The position numbers were made by a program, and so were the translations under genes. From the NCBI GenBank assembly GCA_964304625.1, contig OZ199840.1, positions 2,272,532-2,336,531 on the forward strand: 64,000 nucleotides of DNA, read 5' to 3'. A model generated the notes under the pieces. The model ran no database searches, was not told the DNA's origin, and saw only the letters and a program-made list of their open reading frames with translations. Numbering within the stretch: the first letter of the stretch is position 1; each line of letters opens with the position of its first letter. The DNA comes from Kudoa neothunni (taxonomy: Eukaryota; Animalia; Cnidaria). This document shows, piece after piece, positions 1 through 12,078 of this stretch.

Positions 1-759
1 GTGGTATAATGTAACGCTATGCATCATCATAATAAAGTCCACATGCGAGAGACTTCTTTTTTCCATTTGAAAATCCGTATTCTTTTTCGATAATTTTTCT
101 CACTGGAGTAAAAAATCTCCTCAATAACATAAATTTTTCTTTTGGTTCAATTACTCAGAATTGGCATATTTACAAAGGTCCTTCTTCTCTTATTAGCTTC
201 ACTCCGAGTGATGTGTTGAATCAACGGAATTCATCGGCTAATATCAACTTCCATATCTCAAATTATTGGGGAAACTTTTATACCACTCAATGTGTTGTTC
301 TTTGTACCTTAGTTCCAACAGAATTATTATCTGAATGAATGCTTCAACTTCAACTCATCTTTCAGAAACGAAAAATTTGATCTAATACAATTTCAGTAAC
401 ATTCTAAAATCGAATAATCTGTGATTTTCCCCTCCATTTTTTATACTGATAAATCATCCTTTGATTATTCATATTCAGTTTTATTTAAATAGCTAAATTT
501 GTGATTGGACGACTTCATTGTGAGTGTTCCATTTTCCCAATCTTGAATAATTTTCCCCTGCTGTCGTCCAAATTTTTGAGGGGACAGTAGTTGATAACTG
601 GTTATCGGTGACGATATTTTTTTACATTAACGTTGAATTTTATTATGAGGAAACCGGGAAGTTATTATGAACATGAAGTTATATATTAATTAACTTATCT
701 AATGTAAAACAAATTACACAGTTGATAGATACTTCGTTTATTCTTTGGGAAACTATTTT

Positions 760-1560
760 GTATCTTGACAGCCTCCCTCCAGTCTACTTCAATTTTATAT
801 CATTGAGAATGTACAAGTCATGTTTCATTTTTTACTCCTTGGGCAGGACTTAAATCTTGAGGCAACACATGCAAGAAAGAATTTTTATATATTTTATGCC
901 CTATCTCTATACAGTGTGTAATGATTTGTCAAATTACATTTACATGTATGTTAGAAAATATTTTCACCATACATTCATTCTTTTATTCTATCGACCATCC
1001 ATTATGTTTGCTATTAATGCGATTTCCATCACATTGTTTTTTTGGAAACATAGATTTTTAATATATTTATTCCATAGCCTCCTAATGTTCTAAAATCATC
1101 AACTGGCTTTGAAAATACCCATCTTAATATAACGATATTCCGTTATATTATAAGGATTAATCTTAAGATTAATAAGGACGAAAAGAATGTTAGAGTTGAC
1201 TCTTACTGGCACAACTGAGGAATAAAGACTAAAGCCAAAATTAATTTTAATGTATCATAAATAACCCAGATCGTTCGTTAATAACACTCCTTTTCATAAG
1301 CGTATTTAATGGAATCATTCATTGTTGTCATTTCCTAAATTTCTGTTCATGGATTCACCATTCATCATGTGTATTATGTTCTAATAAATCCTAAACATGG
1401 TTAATTGTTCCAACATTCACCAATGCTCTTTATTGAAATAATTATAAATAACCAATGTCTTGAATTGTTTCTTACAACCTAATCCTTTTTAAGCAACTTA
1501 TAATGGTCTTCATTTGGAGCTGTACATGGAATTACCGTTACCAATTAGAACTACTGGACA
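760..1560 (-). mobile_element. Highly decayed non-LTR retrotransposon endonuclease region (RTE-like)
   Basis: VIPCTAPNED resembles the (V/I)IQxYAPT motif and GNDNNE resembles NDNGE; many stops. Confidence 0.3.
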
Positions 1561-1636
1561 TCATTTTTTATTATTACAACTACTTCATAACTTTCAAGAT
1601 GAAGGAGAAAAGATTTCCAAATTTATTACTTATGCA

Positions 1637-1837
1637 TCTCAACTTGAATATAAAAACTAATATGTACATCCGTAGTTTGTGATTTATTTTGTTGGTATTT
1701 CTTTTTTGCGTGTAATGTCTATACATTATATTCTGTTTCTAATACTTAAAAAAGAATGAAATTTTTAAAAAATTTGTTATTCATGATTTAAAACAGTCAG
1801 CTTAACTCTCCCGAGCATCACCGGGTTTTCGCGCTAG
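1637..1837 (+). mobile_element. Small Helitron-like element (clear 3' end)
   Basis: CCCGAGCATCACCGGG hairpin plus GCGCTAG|T. Similar isolated ends occur at 9822-9850 (-) and 31100-31120 (+). The 5' boundary is uncertain. Confidence 0.55.
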
Positions 1838-2432
1838 TTTCTTATACTTCGAATCCTGTACACATGAACTAAAAAATTAAAAGGATTCGTTCAATTTTTC
1901 TATGAACTGAAAAATAATTCTGGCAATTTAATCGATTATTATGAAACTATACAGCATATTAATTACTTGATTAGGCAGGTTTTAAAAAAATTTTGCTGAA
2001 ATAAAAAAATGCTGGGGTCAAATCTGACCCCACTTAGGAACATACACTATTTTGTCGAGCACTGTTCCGTGAGGGTTAATAGGTGCAAATCTCCTAAACA
2101 TTTTTAAACTATTTCAGAGAAAATATTAAAAATAGAGCGTCATGTAGATTTATTTTATTTCTCTTGCTCATTTAAATTTTAAATGAACATTAGGCACGAA
2201 AGGATTAATAAATAGGAATTAAGAAGTGGCGCGCAAAATAAACGTTGCTTAAGCGCTTATATACTTTTAGATAAAAATAAATCTATGTTCAATATGAAAA
2301 AATACTAGTAGTTATCAACTATAATTATATTAATTTAAATATAATTTTCAAACAACTAATAACAAATTTGTTAACTAACTTTTATAATAATATAGGTAAT
2401 TGATGTAAGGGGTGGTGAAAGTATCATCGTTT

Positions 2433-5400
2433 TTATAGATCGTTAGAAATCTCCTTAGAATTCTTTCTGTAAACTGCTATACCTATCACTACCAAAAGTG
2501 AAACCACGATGGGTATCATTGCATATAATCTAAAAAAGATTATCTATAACAAATATGCATTTCCGTTACATGTAACTTCCAACAAACCTATCTAATGTCA
2601 AACTCGGAAATATAAATGTCAATTACGAATAACTATTCTTTGCAGCATCAAAATTGTGATTTTCTTTACTATCTACATTTTTCCTTATTTATCAGATCAT
2701 TAAATTAAAATAATTTTACTAAATATAATCATAAATATGACATGCAAAATCGTTTTTACCCGTTCTCAACCTTTTCTATTAATTTTTGAACGATATCATC
2801 TACTACAATGTCGGTATGCTCACTCCTTATGTTTTCTCCTCCTATGATTTTTTTATTCCACAAGGAATTTCTATTGAATTTACTAAATAAATCATTTTAA
2901 TTATATAGTAAATAGTTGGAATTTAGTTACCCTTTCATTTTACCTATTCTTGAGTCTTCGAAAAATATATTATTAGAAAATACGGATTAATTAATAGTTT
3001 AAACAAAATATATATACACCGAATACTATATTTGTTATAGAGTGAGTAATCCTTTGCTTTCAATTTCAATATATAATCCTTTTCCGTCGACAAGTTATTG
3101 ATGTTAACGATACATTTATTGGCAGAGCATTCTTCGTCATCATTACACCATGTAACAATTTCCCCCTCCTGGTTGTCTCCGATTTTTTCCTGAATCATAA
3201 ACGGACATCTTGAATTGTCATTTTTTCCTGTGAAATCTACTTTAATTGTCAAGTCACTACCTCCATTCAGCGAATGCTTAGTCGAAATAGCACCATTTAC
3301 TGAATAATATTATTAAAACATAAGCTTATTGATTTTGAATACTTGTCTCAACAGTATACTCCTTTTGTTTTTTGCCATCGGATGGTTCGACGGTCAAATC
3401 GTAAGTCGCTCCTAATTCTAGGTTGACAATTTTGAACTTAGCATCACATTTGTTCTCGCATTCTCCCATTTCATCACATGTAGCCATATATTTTGGATCT
3501 GACGTGCCATTTTTTTTAACATAAATTCTGCAGACCGGCAAATAATTATCAAATCCAAATGGTGTTATTGTAGCAGTGGAACCCTTTTTGTTTAATGGTG
3601 TATTATTTGTAGTTAAATCATTTCCCTCAGCTTAATAAACTGTTAGAATTTTTTTTAATTTTAGTCGTTACATGTTCGGAATGTTGCTTTCTTTACATAG
3701 TTATTAATTCCAATGTTGGTTACCGTTACAGAAATTATATAATTTGTACCAGCCGTAAGACCAGTAATAGAGTACATCTCGTCACAGCTAGTGCCGCATT
3801 CACCACTGTCATTACAATTAGCCCGTGCTTCAATCGAAAAAGTATTTGCTCGGCGTATTTTAATTGTACACATTGGGTCAGACATTCCTTTCTTCATACT
3901 CTTATACGCGTTAAGTCCGATAAGGGTGACACCCCTATCTTTAATATCGCTTAAATTTATGGCATTGTCATTTCCTATAACGCATTATTTTTAAAGATAA
4001 ATCCAAATTTACTTTTAAAGTATTGTTCGAACCCATCGATATCAAACCTTCGTTTTACAATTATTCCAATATTCTCACTTTCATCCGTTAAATTGATAAC
4101 ACTATCTTGACAAAGATGGAAACACTCTTTTTTCTCCTCAGTGCATCCATTCAGAACAGTACTTTGTTGAGTTGGGTTACTTTCACTTACCTTAAACACT
4201 TTGATGTGACAAATCTCGTCATTATATGGACCAGGAGAGAATTTTATTTGAAGTTTTCTATTGTTACTAGCATCGCCTGAAATTGAATAAATGATCTGAG
4301 ATTTTAGGGGGGTCTCAGTTTTCAAATAAGTATTATTTACGTAATAGAATATGGCAGGCCAAAGCAGTGTTGAACTGATATTATAATAACTTATGTATCT
4401 ATCAATTAAAAGAGCAGTGGATTTATCCTGTAAATTCTCAGAATACGATTCCATATTCAAGATGGCCTTTTTGGCACTGCTTTGTTCATCATCTTTTCCG
4501 TCATTTTGTATATTCCAATCAGTTATTGAGTTTGATTTGTAAGAGAAAATAACTTTTCCCTCATCATGAGAAAAGCCATAAGTGTTATCTTGTTTGAAAT
4601 CTATAAAAATATTATCATAAATATATATTTTTTTAATTACTCATTATTAATGGGAACACTTGCACCTTTTTACATCTTTTGGCTTCTACGTTGTCTGCGC
4701 CATAACAAACTGATATATATCGATCAACTTTTGAATTAATATATCCAACGTTTAGATCACTGTTGGTGCAGTCCACCAAACAATCATCATTATCTAAGTC
4801 TTCGCAAAGTTCTGGCTTTTTAAATTCGGTTCCTTCAAAATTAATTATCTTTATTACACACTTATTAGCATCAGGAAAACTGGACAGTTTTATTGAAAAT
4901 TTGTCAACTTTATCCGAAGATTGTATAAACTTCTGTTCAAGTTTTCCACGTCGAATGAAAGCTAAAAACGAATGTGAACAGAGATTCTTTTAAAAGTTAC
5001 CTGGTATTGATAACTTGAATGGTGCTGATTTTTTGTCTGCATATATCATCAATCTGTAGTTATACTTATTACTGTATGTATTATGTTCAAATTGAATATC
5101 GTTGCAATCTTTGACATCACCATTATCACAATCAATGCAGGATTTTATTATTCTTGTAGGTGAAACTATTTAACGATAATAAAAGTAATATGACACGATT
5201 ACCTTCGTTTTGGTCATGTTTATATAACTGATAGTAACATTTTGTATTGCTAACGTCTTCCAAAGATGATTTCATTTGTACGAGAAGCTTGTTCTTCTCG
5301 GAATTTGTTGAAACTTCAAAGTTGATTGTTGAACCGCCTAATGGTTATTTCTTCTATTATCGAATATATACATAACGATTGTTACTCTTATTTTGAGTTT

Positions 5401-8400
5401 CTAAAGTTTTTATTCCATAATTTCCACTGGGAACAATTTTGAGGGTATAAGTGGTATGGAAGTTAAGTCCAATAATGTCGAACCCTGATTTGCACGGCTT
5501 TACACACAACTCCTTTCCTGAACAAATGGCAGGATAATATAAATCACTTTTCTCTTTTATGTAGATGGTACAAATTATTGATTCATCTATTGTATTTTGG
5601 GGAACTGTGATTCCGTTCGGACTAGTAGTGATTGAAGACTCTTGAATGGGAAGTTGTTGGTTTGCTTGAGCAGAAAATATATTTAAAATACCGTCTAATT
5701 TTATAAAATACCTATTTTATGGAAAAAATATTTTCTTGGTGAGTAATTAGGTATTTTAGTTATAGTCACCATAATATCATTATGTAAATGATTTGGAGGA
5801 GGAGTAATTTGAACCTCCCCAAAGCTACAAGTAAATGATTGGTCATCTACATCTTTCCTTCCGTTTTCAGTAACTAATGGAGCATATGTGTTCCACATCT
5901 TTATTGAGCATGCAACAGATGGATTAGTTAATTCCTCACCATCTTCATTTTTATTTTTTCCAGTAAGATTAATTTGAATTTCTGTATCTGTTGTTTTCAC
6001 AGAAACATCAGGTAAGTGTTTCACTAAAAATTACAGGTGATTTACTGAATATATCTAAATCTTACGTATGTATATATTATTTTGATAACCGATAGTAGGT
6101 TTCATTCCTAGTTTTAGGACCCTTATTTTAACGGCTTTTACACTCGTGTGCATATTTCCAAATTTGTAGCTCTTGCACGTACTGAAAAAACAATTCTCCC
6201 TATTATCACATTCGTTCGAAAAAAAACCGTTCGAATTCGATGCTGTGGCGTCTATCCATTCAAATATGCACATTTCAGATGGCTCTGGATTAACCAGTTG
6301 AACTGTCAATGTTTCCTCTTGTTCATCATTTTTTAGTTCATAATAAAATCTATTGAAAATTGGGGCTTGGTTTTTAACAAATGTATTGTCGTAGAAATAA
6401 TGAAAATCAAAATATTCCGGACAGCTTATATAATAGTCTTTTATTAACTCGTCGAATTGAATCGAATAACTTCCAAAATCACATTGGGAGATTGTAGATT
6501 GTGTTTCCGTCACAGAATCTAGCACTTGGGTATCCTTATATGCTTTACATGATAATGAGCATTTATTCAAACCTAATTTTATTTTGTCGCCTTCTAATTC
6601 TGCTTTGTGAGTAAGTTCTTTGAAATGATCTTAAGAAATGATTAAATTAATAAAAAAATTATATAATACCTATGTAGTACGAATAGACCTTTCCTATATT
6701 AATAGTGACGCCTATGTCCGTTGGTTGTGGAGGTTTTTCAGGTTCATGTGATGCAAGAGAAGCTCCTTTCTCCATTTCTTCGTTTCCCATTCCTTTTGAA
6801 GATTGCTTTCCTCCATCGTCATTTCCTGGAGATGGCCTAAACTCACCTTCGCCCGATTTTGCAATGATACCTCTGTTAATACCTGATTTCCTCGTAGTTT
6901 TTACAGTTTTAGTTTCTGTATAAGTGACAGAAATGTAATTTGGTTTATTCTGACTATTAGGATCAATTTCGAATGCTGTTGAGAGTTCGGTGCATTTTTT
7001 TTTAATCATCCCGCTACTACCAACATTTTCATAACCCGAAAGGGCTACATTAGATTTTTGGATTGTGCATTCCGTATTCTGCTTACCTGTAAGATCAGTG
7101 TCTATGAATTTTACCATGTACTTTGATTCTGATTTATCGTAATATAGGACCATTTTTTCATTACCTTCTTCAATACCACCTATAAATATAAATTTAATAC
7201 TTCTATAAAAGAAAAAATACATTTTAAGCTTTGTTTTTGGGGGTTAGAGTAATCTACATTTATAACAACTAATGTATATGTGACTTCGCAGTTGAGAGAA
7301 TCCCATACGAAATCTATTGTCTTAGATCCACTAGTTACAGCAAGTTTACAACCGTCATTCAAACAATCCTTAATAATTTTCTTAGATTCTTGTTCCAGTA
7401 GAACGTATGCCCAAGAAGTTCTTAAAGTTTGATCTGAAGAAACAGCATCCAATGTAGCCGTTGTTTTCTTGTCCCCATCATCTGTTGAAACGTCTATTTT
7501 TATTTCGGTTCCAGCAGCTATTAAAATTCATTATTATTAGATTTCATAAATAAATTACTCGACACCGTACCGCCTTCAATACAGTTATATCCTTTAGGAC
7601 AAACAGTTATTTTGTATTCTGTTTTGGGATCAAGATTTATTATATTGAAATTTCCATTACAAGCACCAGAACAGAATTTTTTAGCATCACCTTCTCCACA
7701 TGTGGCGGGATACATCGGTGTATCATTTCCAACGGTTGAATAATACAGATCACATTTTTCCTGATTACCTGTTCCAGCAGAAAATAAATTGGATAAGTTA
7801 AGAGTTATTTTATTATATTGATCAGAAGGATTGGTCGAGGTAAGATCAGCAGTTTTTGTTAATTCATCTCCTATTTGTAATTATGAATACAGAGTAAATA
7901 TTTATCTTTACCTTTAGTTTTGAAATAAAAATAACGGTGATAATAATTAACTTCCGGCGAATCTAATGTGTTAAGTCCTTTTATTTTAACTTTTAAAATA
8001 TATTCGGTTAGTGGCATAAGCAAGCTCAAAATTATCGATTGAAAACCTCCGTTCCCATTATACGCGGGATTTCCCCAATTATCTTTAATTCCCAGATTTT
8101 TCTCAATTATTTTAATTTCTACGATAGCTGCTCCCTCTACAGCACTATCTTCTTCATTTTTATTTAAATTAGTTAACTCTAAAGATGCTTCATTCTTTCC
8201 AATGTCAGTAATAGTGGGTTGACTGGTACGGACTATAAAATTGATAAGAGACATTAGATAGATTACAGTTTACATGTGATAGTTTGAATAAACTCTTTGG
8301 ATATGATCTTGTCTAGGGGTTTTACAAGTACTTGAGCGAATTTCAAGGTTGGATTATGTTGATGATATAATGTCGCTTTGTAGCAAGGCTGAAGACAAGG

Positions 8401-9315
8401 CCCAGCTCTATTCATCTCTGAGCAATAAGAGGAAAAATGAGAGTCATTAATATCTTTTATTCCAAAGTAACAAATTTGCGAAGGTTTTGGATTCTGGAGG
8501 GTAATTGTGTAATAATTATCATTGGTTCCTTTTGACCCTGTTGCAATAAACCAATCCTCATCAAGATTTTTTGGATTCAATAAAATTTCTGGTGAGCGAT
8601 TGTCGATTCCAACCACATACGTAGGTTGATATGATTTAGAAGGTAATGTAATAGATTTGACTGAATAAAAGGCTTCCGACAATCCTTGGTTGTGTCCTGG
8701 AACCGAACCTTTGATTGTTATTTCGCTGTTTTGTTTACTTTGAATTGAAACAATGAATGTATTATTTATTTTAGTTGCTGTCAACGAGCTTTTTATGTAA
8801 AGATCTATTTTATGACATTAAAGTTTTAGAAAAAATGTTATTATACTTTTTGTAGTATAAACCCTCTTTATAGAGCATTTTTTAACATCACTCTCACTCA
8901 TTCCTTGACACCATTTAATATACTTAATGGTTTTAAAACCTTCGCCACTGAGGTTTAAACCAACTTTTCTACATTGGAAAATACACATTTTTGCATCCTC
9001 ATCCACTTTTGCACCACTTATGTCCGTATCGCAGGTAGAAACGGTGTTAATTATTTCCTTATTATAGCCATAATACTGGAGTGCACAGCGTTTGAAGCTA
9101 TTCTCAACATTGTATCCAGAGAGTGATATAATATATTTCTTTGGGCTGTGCGAAAAATTCACTTTCATTATGTTATTATCAATATTATCAGAAATCACAT
9201 TTTCCGCACATAACACTAATAACGATGAATATATATAATCTCAAAGAGAATTACGAGTGAAAATGACGAGATATATTGTAGAATCATATCGTTGTCTCAT
9301 AGACAATCTCATCAT
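2433..9315 (-). CDS. Multi-exon (about 22 exons) type I membrane protein with repeated four-Cys FN3-like modules; three tandem cassettes, about 1,900-2,000 aa
   Basis: Manual splicing gives an open frame from ATG at 9315 (MMRLSMRQRYDSTIYLVIFTLLCA|ENV, signal-peptide-like) across GT-AG introns of about 38-50 nt, all phase 1 between modules. FN3-type L-x-P-x-T-x-Y strands recur (LMPLTEYILKV, LDPKTEYKITV, LNFHTTYTLKI, LTAGTNYIISV, LELGATYDLTV, LSTEKDYILKL), mostly preceded by C..C..CxxxC. It ends with TM LYAMIPIVVSLLVVIGIAVY plus RKNSKEISNDL* (TAA at 2433-2435). Confidence 0.85.
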
Positions 9316-10289
9316 AATTAGCCTACTAGTTGTGAATTAACAAAAAATTCTTGGTTTAAATTTGTATCGATATGAATAGAGGAATTCATCTTGCTAATTA
9401 TTCGTACGTCCAATTCAATTAAAAAATTACCAACGTCGATCTTACGAAAATATAATAACTATTCATATGCGACAAAGTTTTATGTGAATAAACAATCCTC
9501 TTTTCGAGTATTATTGGTCGTTTCTGATGCCCCAACTATCACATACTTCGTTCACTCAAACAATTTTTATATAATATGCAGGAAATATTATTTTAATATT
9601 ATATTATAAATCGTATATAATTTTTGGTTAAAATTTCATATCACCGAAGTGCGATTAGTCAGAAGGCACGATAAAACAAATTTTCAATTGTATAATTGAT
9701 AAAATTACGCAAAAATTATTTTCACGATAAAATAAAATCCTAAAGTGCGTGTGTGCGTGCGCATTGGAACTTTTAATTCCAGAGACTTTACTCACAAATT
9801 ATATACAGATTTAATTTAATACTAGCGCTAATGTCCAGTGTCGCCTGGTACATTATGGTGGAAAATTTTAACTTTTAATTTTTTTTTGAATGGAGAAATT
9901 CTACGTTAAAGTTAATTTAATTGGCACGTTCAACCCTGTAAAGCAGTGTTCCCAACTTTTTTTCTAACGCGTCCCATCTTTTCTTCAAAAATAATTATTT
10001 CTAATTAAATTGTTTTACAACATTGGATCATGATTCCTATCACATTAAAAGTTGATGTTTTTAATAGAAAACATAAAATTATTAAAACTTAATAATGAGC
10101 ATTCAAACCAACAAATAATAATTTTACTGATAAACATTTTTTTGGGTCTTGTCATCTTTATTTGGGTGAAATTATTTTTTAATTTTGTGTTATCCGGGAA
10201 ATTACCAGGTTTTATACAACAAGTCTTTCATATTATTAAATATTTAAAATTCTTAATTGTGCATAACAAACAACAAGTAACATTATAAA

Positions 10290-11468
10290 AAAAATTCAAA
10301 GCAAATAAAAATACATATTGAGCGATATCCTGTGAAAATTATAGCTAAGGGGTCTGGAAGAAAAATAGATATCATATTTGATGAGCCTATTCCCGACACA
10401 ATTTGCAAATTTGAAATCGCCCAAAAGGGTGAAGCATTGACATCTAAATGTGGAAATGGTGAAAATACGTGTTATTAAGTATGTCAAAACGTCACAATGG
10501 AAACAAATTATAATAAAGACAATGACAAAGAATTCGATGTTAAAATATCCACTAGGGGCGTAGAATCCGAGAAAATGTTAATGTCAAGTATTTAACTATT
10601 ATTTTTACTATTTTATCTTATTTCATTAGCTGATAAAAAAGATTTCCCAATAACAATTATCCTTAAGTATGAGGCTACATTGGGAATCTCTATGCTTCAC
10701 GCGGCAAATACCGTATGCATGATGGAATTGTTTGTACAAGAGAACTACGTAAAAGTGGACCCAAATCGTGTGGGATTAAAATTGCATCCAGTTTTTGCTT
10801 CATGTGAAAACGATATAAAATTATTAAATCTTGAGGCTGATACCAAGTATATGGTTAGTGTACAACACAAAGCTTCGAGTGATGCAGCCGATACTGATGT
10901 GATACATATAAATAAAATTTTTAAAACAGGTATAAATATTTATCTTATAAACTTTAATAATTATAAAAAATAGCTAAAATTGATGATGTTACGACTGATG
11001 TTACAACATACCCTCATAACGTGATTATTCCACAAAAAATAGATCAGGAAGACTATAAAGCAGAATGTATGATAATGCAAGCATTGAAAGATACAACTAA
11101 TTTTATTCGATCGGTATGTGAAGAATCCTACAATTGCTACGGCTTGTGCACTTCGGAATTTACTGTCACTAGGCTGCAACCGGATATGGAATACACTTTC
11201 AAAGCAGTTCCACAGAGATTCTATCTGAAAACTGACGCTCCAACGAAAAATGTTAGAACAAGCATTAATGAAAAGTAAATTTCAAAGTTATATGAATCTT
11301 AGGGTCTCTATTTAAAAAGGTAGAACTTGGATAAAATCAGCCACAGGAATTGTACAACGCAGATATGATGGAGAGCCAGTTGAATTGGAACTCTTTATCA
11401 CAGGCCCGGCAGCTGTTACAGCTTCAACAACCGAAGCAACTGCTATCACTACGAGCACCCAAAAATAA
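10290..11468 (+). pseudogene. 5'-truncated pseudogene paralog of the Cys-FN3-like surface protein family
   Basis: Collinear with 12079-14338: IDIIFDEPIPDTICKFEI vs INIIFDEDMRDEICKFEI, NLEADTKYMVSV vs GLEPNTKYIVKV, RYDGEPV vs RYNSEPI. In-frame TAA at 10476-10478 (CY*VC vs CYQLC), no signal exon, internal deletion in the last module and no TM segment. Confidence 0.75.
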
Positions 11469-12078
11469 TTATTATAACATTATTAATTTTGGAATATCTT
11501 ACTTTTCAATGTGAATAAAATAGTAAACAAACTTTTATTTCGATAGTTAAAGTTGATATCTCATATTAATTCTTGTGTATTGTTTCCTTATTTTAACATA
11601 ATAACATATTATGTTGTTTAATTTTTCAATATATTTATGATAATTGTTATTGTTTTTACATATACAAATTTTTACGAAATTAAACTGTATTGATTGTAAA
11701 ATTGGTATAATTACATATAAACGAAAAATTATGAACACTTCTTTACAAAAAATTAATGAGTATATCCATTTGGTCTACCTATTAGTTAACTTAGAAGGGT
11801 TCTATTATGAACCTTCATAAAAAAAAATTAATTGACTTTTAAATGCAGTATTTTGTCTTAAACATGTTTATTTTAAATGAGTTTATCAATAAGAGACATA
11901 AGGATTTAGTTTCGGATGTAAATATTGTTTATTAGCTATCAATTCTATTGTTAAACTGCTATTCACTTGAAGAGTTCGTCCTTAATTTATTTTTCTCGTT
12001 TCTGTTGTCGCCTGAAATCATATTCGTTTGTATAATTCTTATTAAAAATTATAAATCTGTTATAATTAAGAACCAAAA

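Noticed and set aside
3791-6923. Short plus-strand ORFs opposite the long FN3-like gene (likewise 52077-53579 and 35403-35876)
   Set aside because: They are antisense shadows of real coding exons.
10476-10478. TAA aligned to Gln, suggesting a variant genetic code
   Set aside because: It is a single case in a gene with other lesions. The intact genes have no in-frame TAA, and several terminate with TAA.
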